The notes under the pieces are model-generated. The model worked only from the letters and a program-made list of their open reading frames with translations, was not told the DNA's origin and ran no database searches. The position numbers and the translations under genes are program-made. A DNA stretch of 64,000 bases, from the sequence record NC_015251.1. One strand, written 5' to 3'. This document shows positions 63,880 to 64,000 of this stretch, one piece after another. Position 1 is the stretch's first letter, and every line of letters begins with the position of its first letter.

Positions 63880-64000
63880 TGTTTAGCTTCCTGTTCCGTG
63901 ATGATAGTCAATTCACGATCATGATAATTATAATTGTATCCATTAACACCGTAAATTTCCATGGTAGTCCCCGGTCGTGCGCAACCTTCGCCATGACCCC

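Noticed and set aside
1-64000. CRISPR array or mini-array made from the repeated 30-36 bp motifs
   Set aside because: Copies are dispersed, each carries -35/-10 hexamers, and there is no regular repeat-spacer period or cas gene.
1-64000. tRNA or rRNA genes
   Set aside because: No cloverleaf with T-loop GTTCRA and a matching acceptor stem was found by eye; 12491-12544 and 50434-50473 lack tRNA arms. A tRNAscan-SE run would settle this.

Overview
64 kb of a T4-like (Straboviridae-type) myophage genome, probably not a coliphage; the host cannot be determined from this window. Bases 1-8025 (+) carry early hypothetical ORFs, a macro-domain gene, two spanins, a 1286-aa long tail fibre with a gp36-like N-terminus, and a gp5-type lysozyme. 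These meet asiA at a bidirectional terminator. From 8065 to the end nearly every gene is on the minus strand: asiA, topoisomerase II gp52 and ndd, then a >50 kb hyperplastic array of well over 100 small accessory genes driven by about 25 repeated sigma70-type promoter or stem-loop cassettes, many with an unusual TGnGATACT -10. Recognisable accessory genes: YqeY-like protein, two DNA methyltransferases (one with permuted motif order), CYTH, DUF3307, SprT-like protease and a 2OG-Fe(II) oxygenase-like protein. Inferred from motifs: a degenerate PolB fragment, an outer-membrane beta-barrel, paralogous lipoproteins, an expanded 'MKIKFKS' family, a late operon of candidate capsid-packaged proteins, and a duplicated 67-bp AT-rich element flanked by stem-loops. 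No tRNA, rRNA, CRISPR array, integrase, transposase or reverse transcriptase was seen. Several genes are broken by single-base indels in short homopolymers, probably sequencing errors. Family assignments come from remembered motifs, not database searches.
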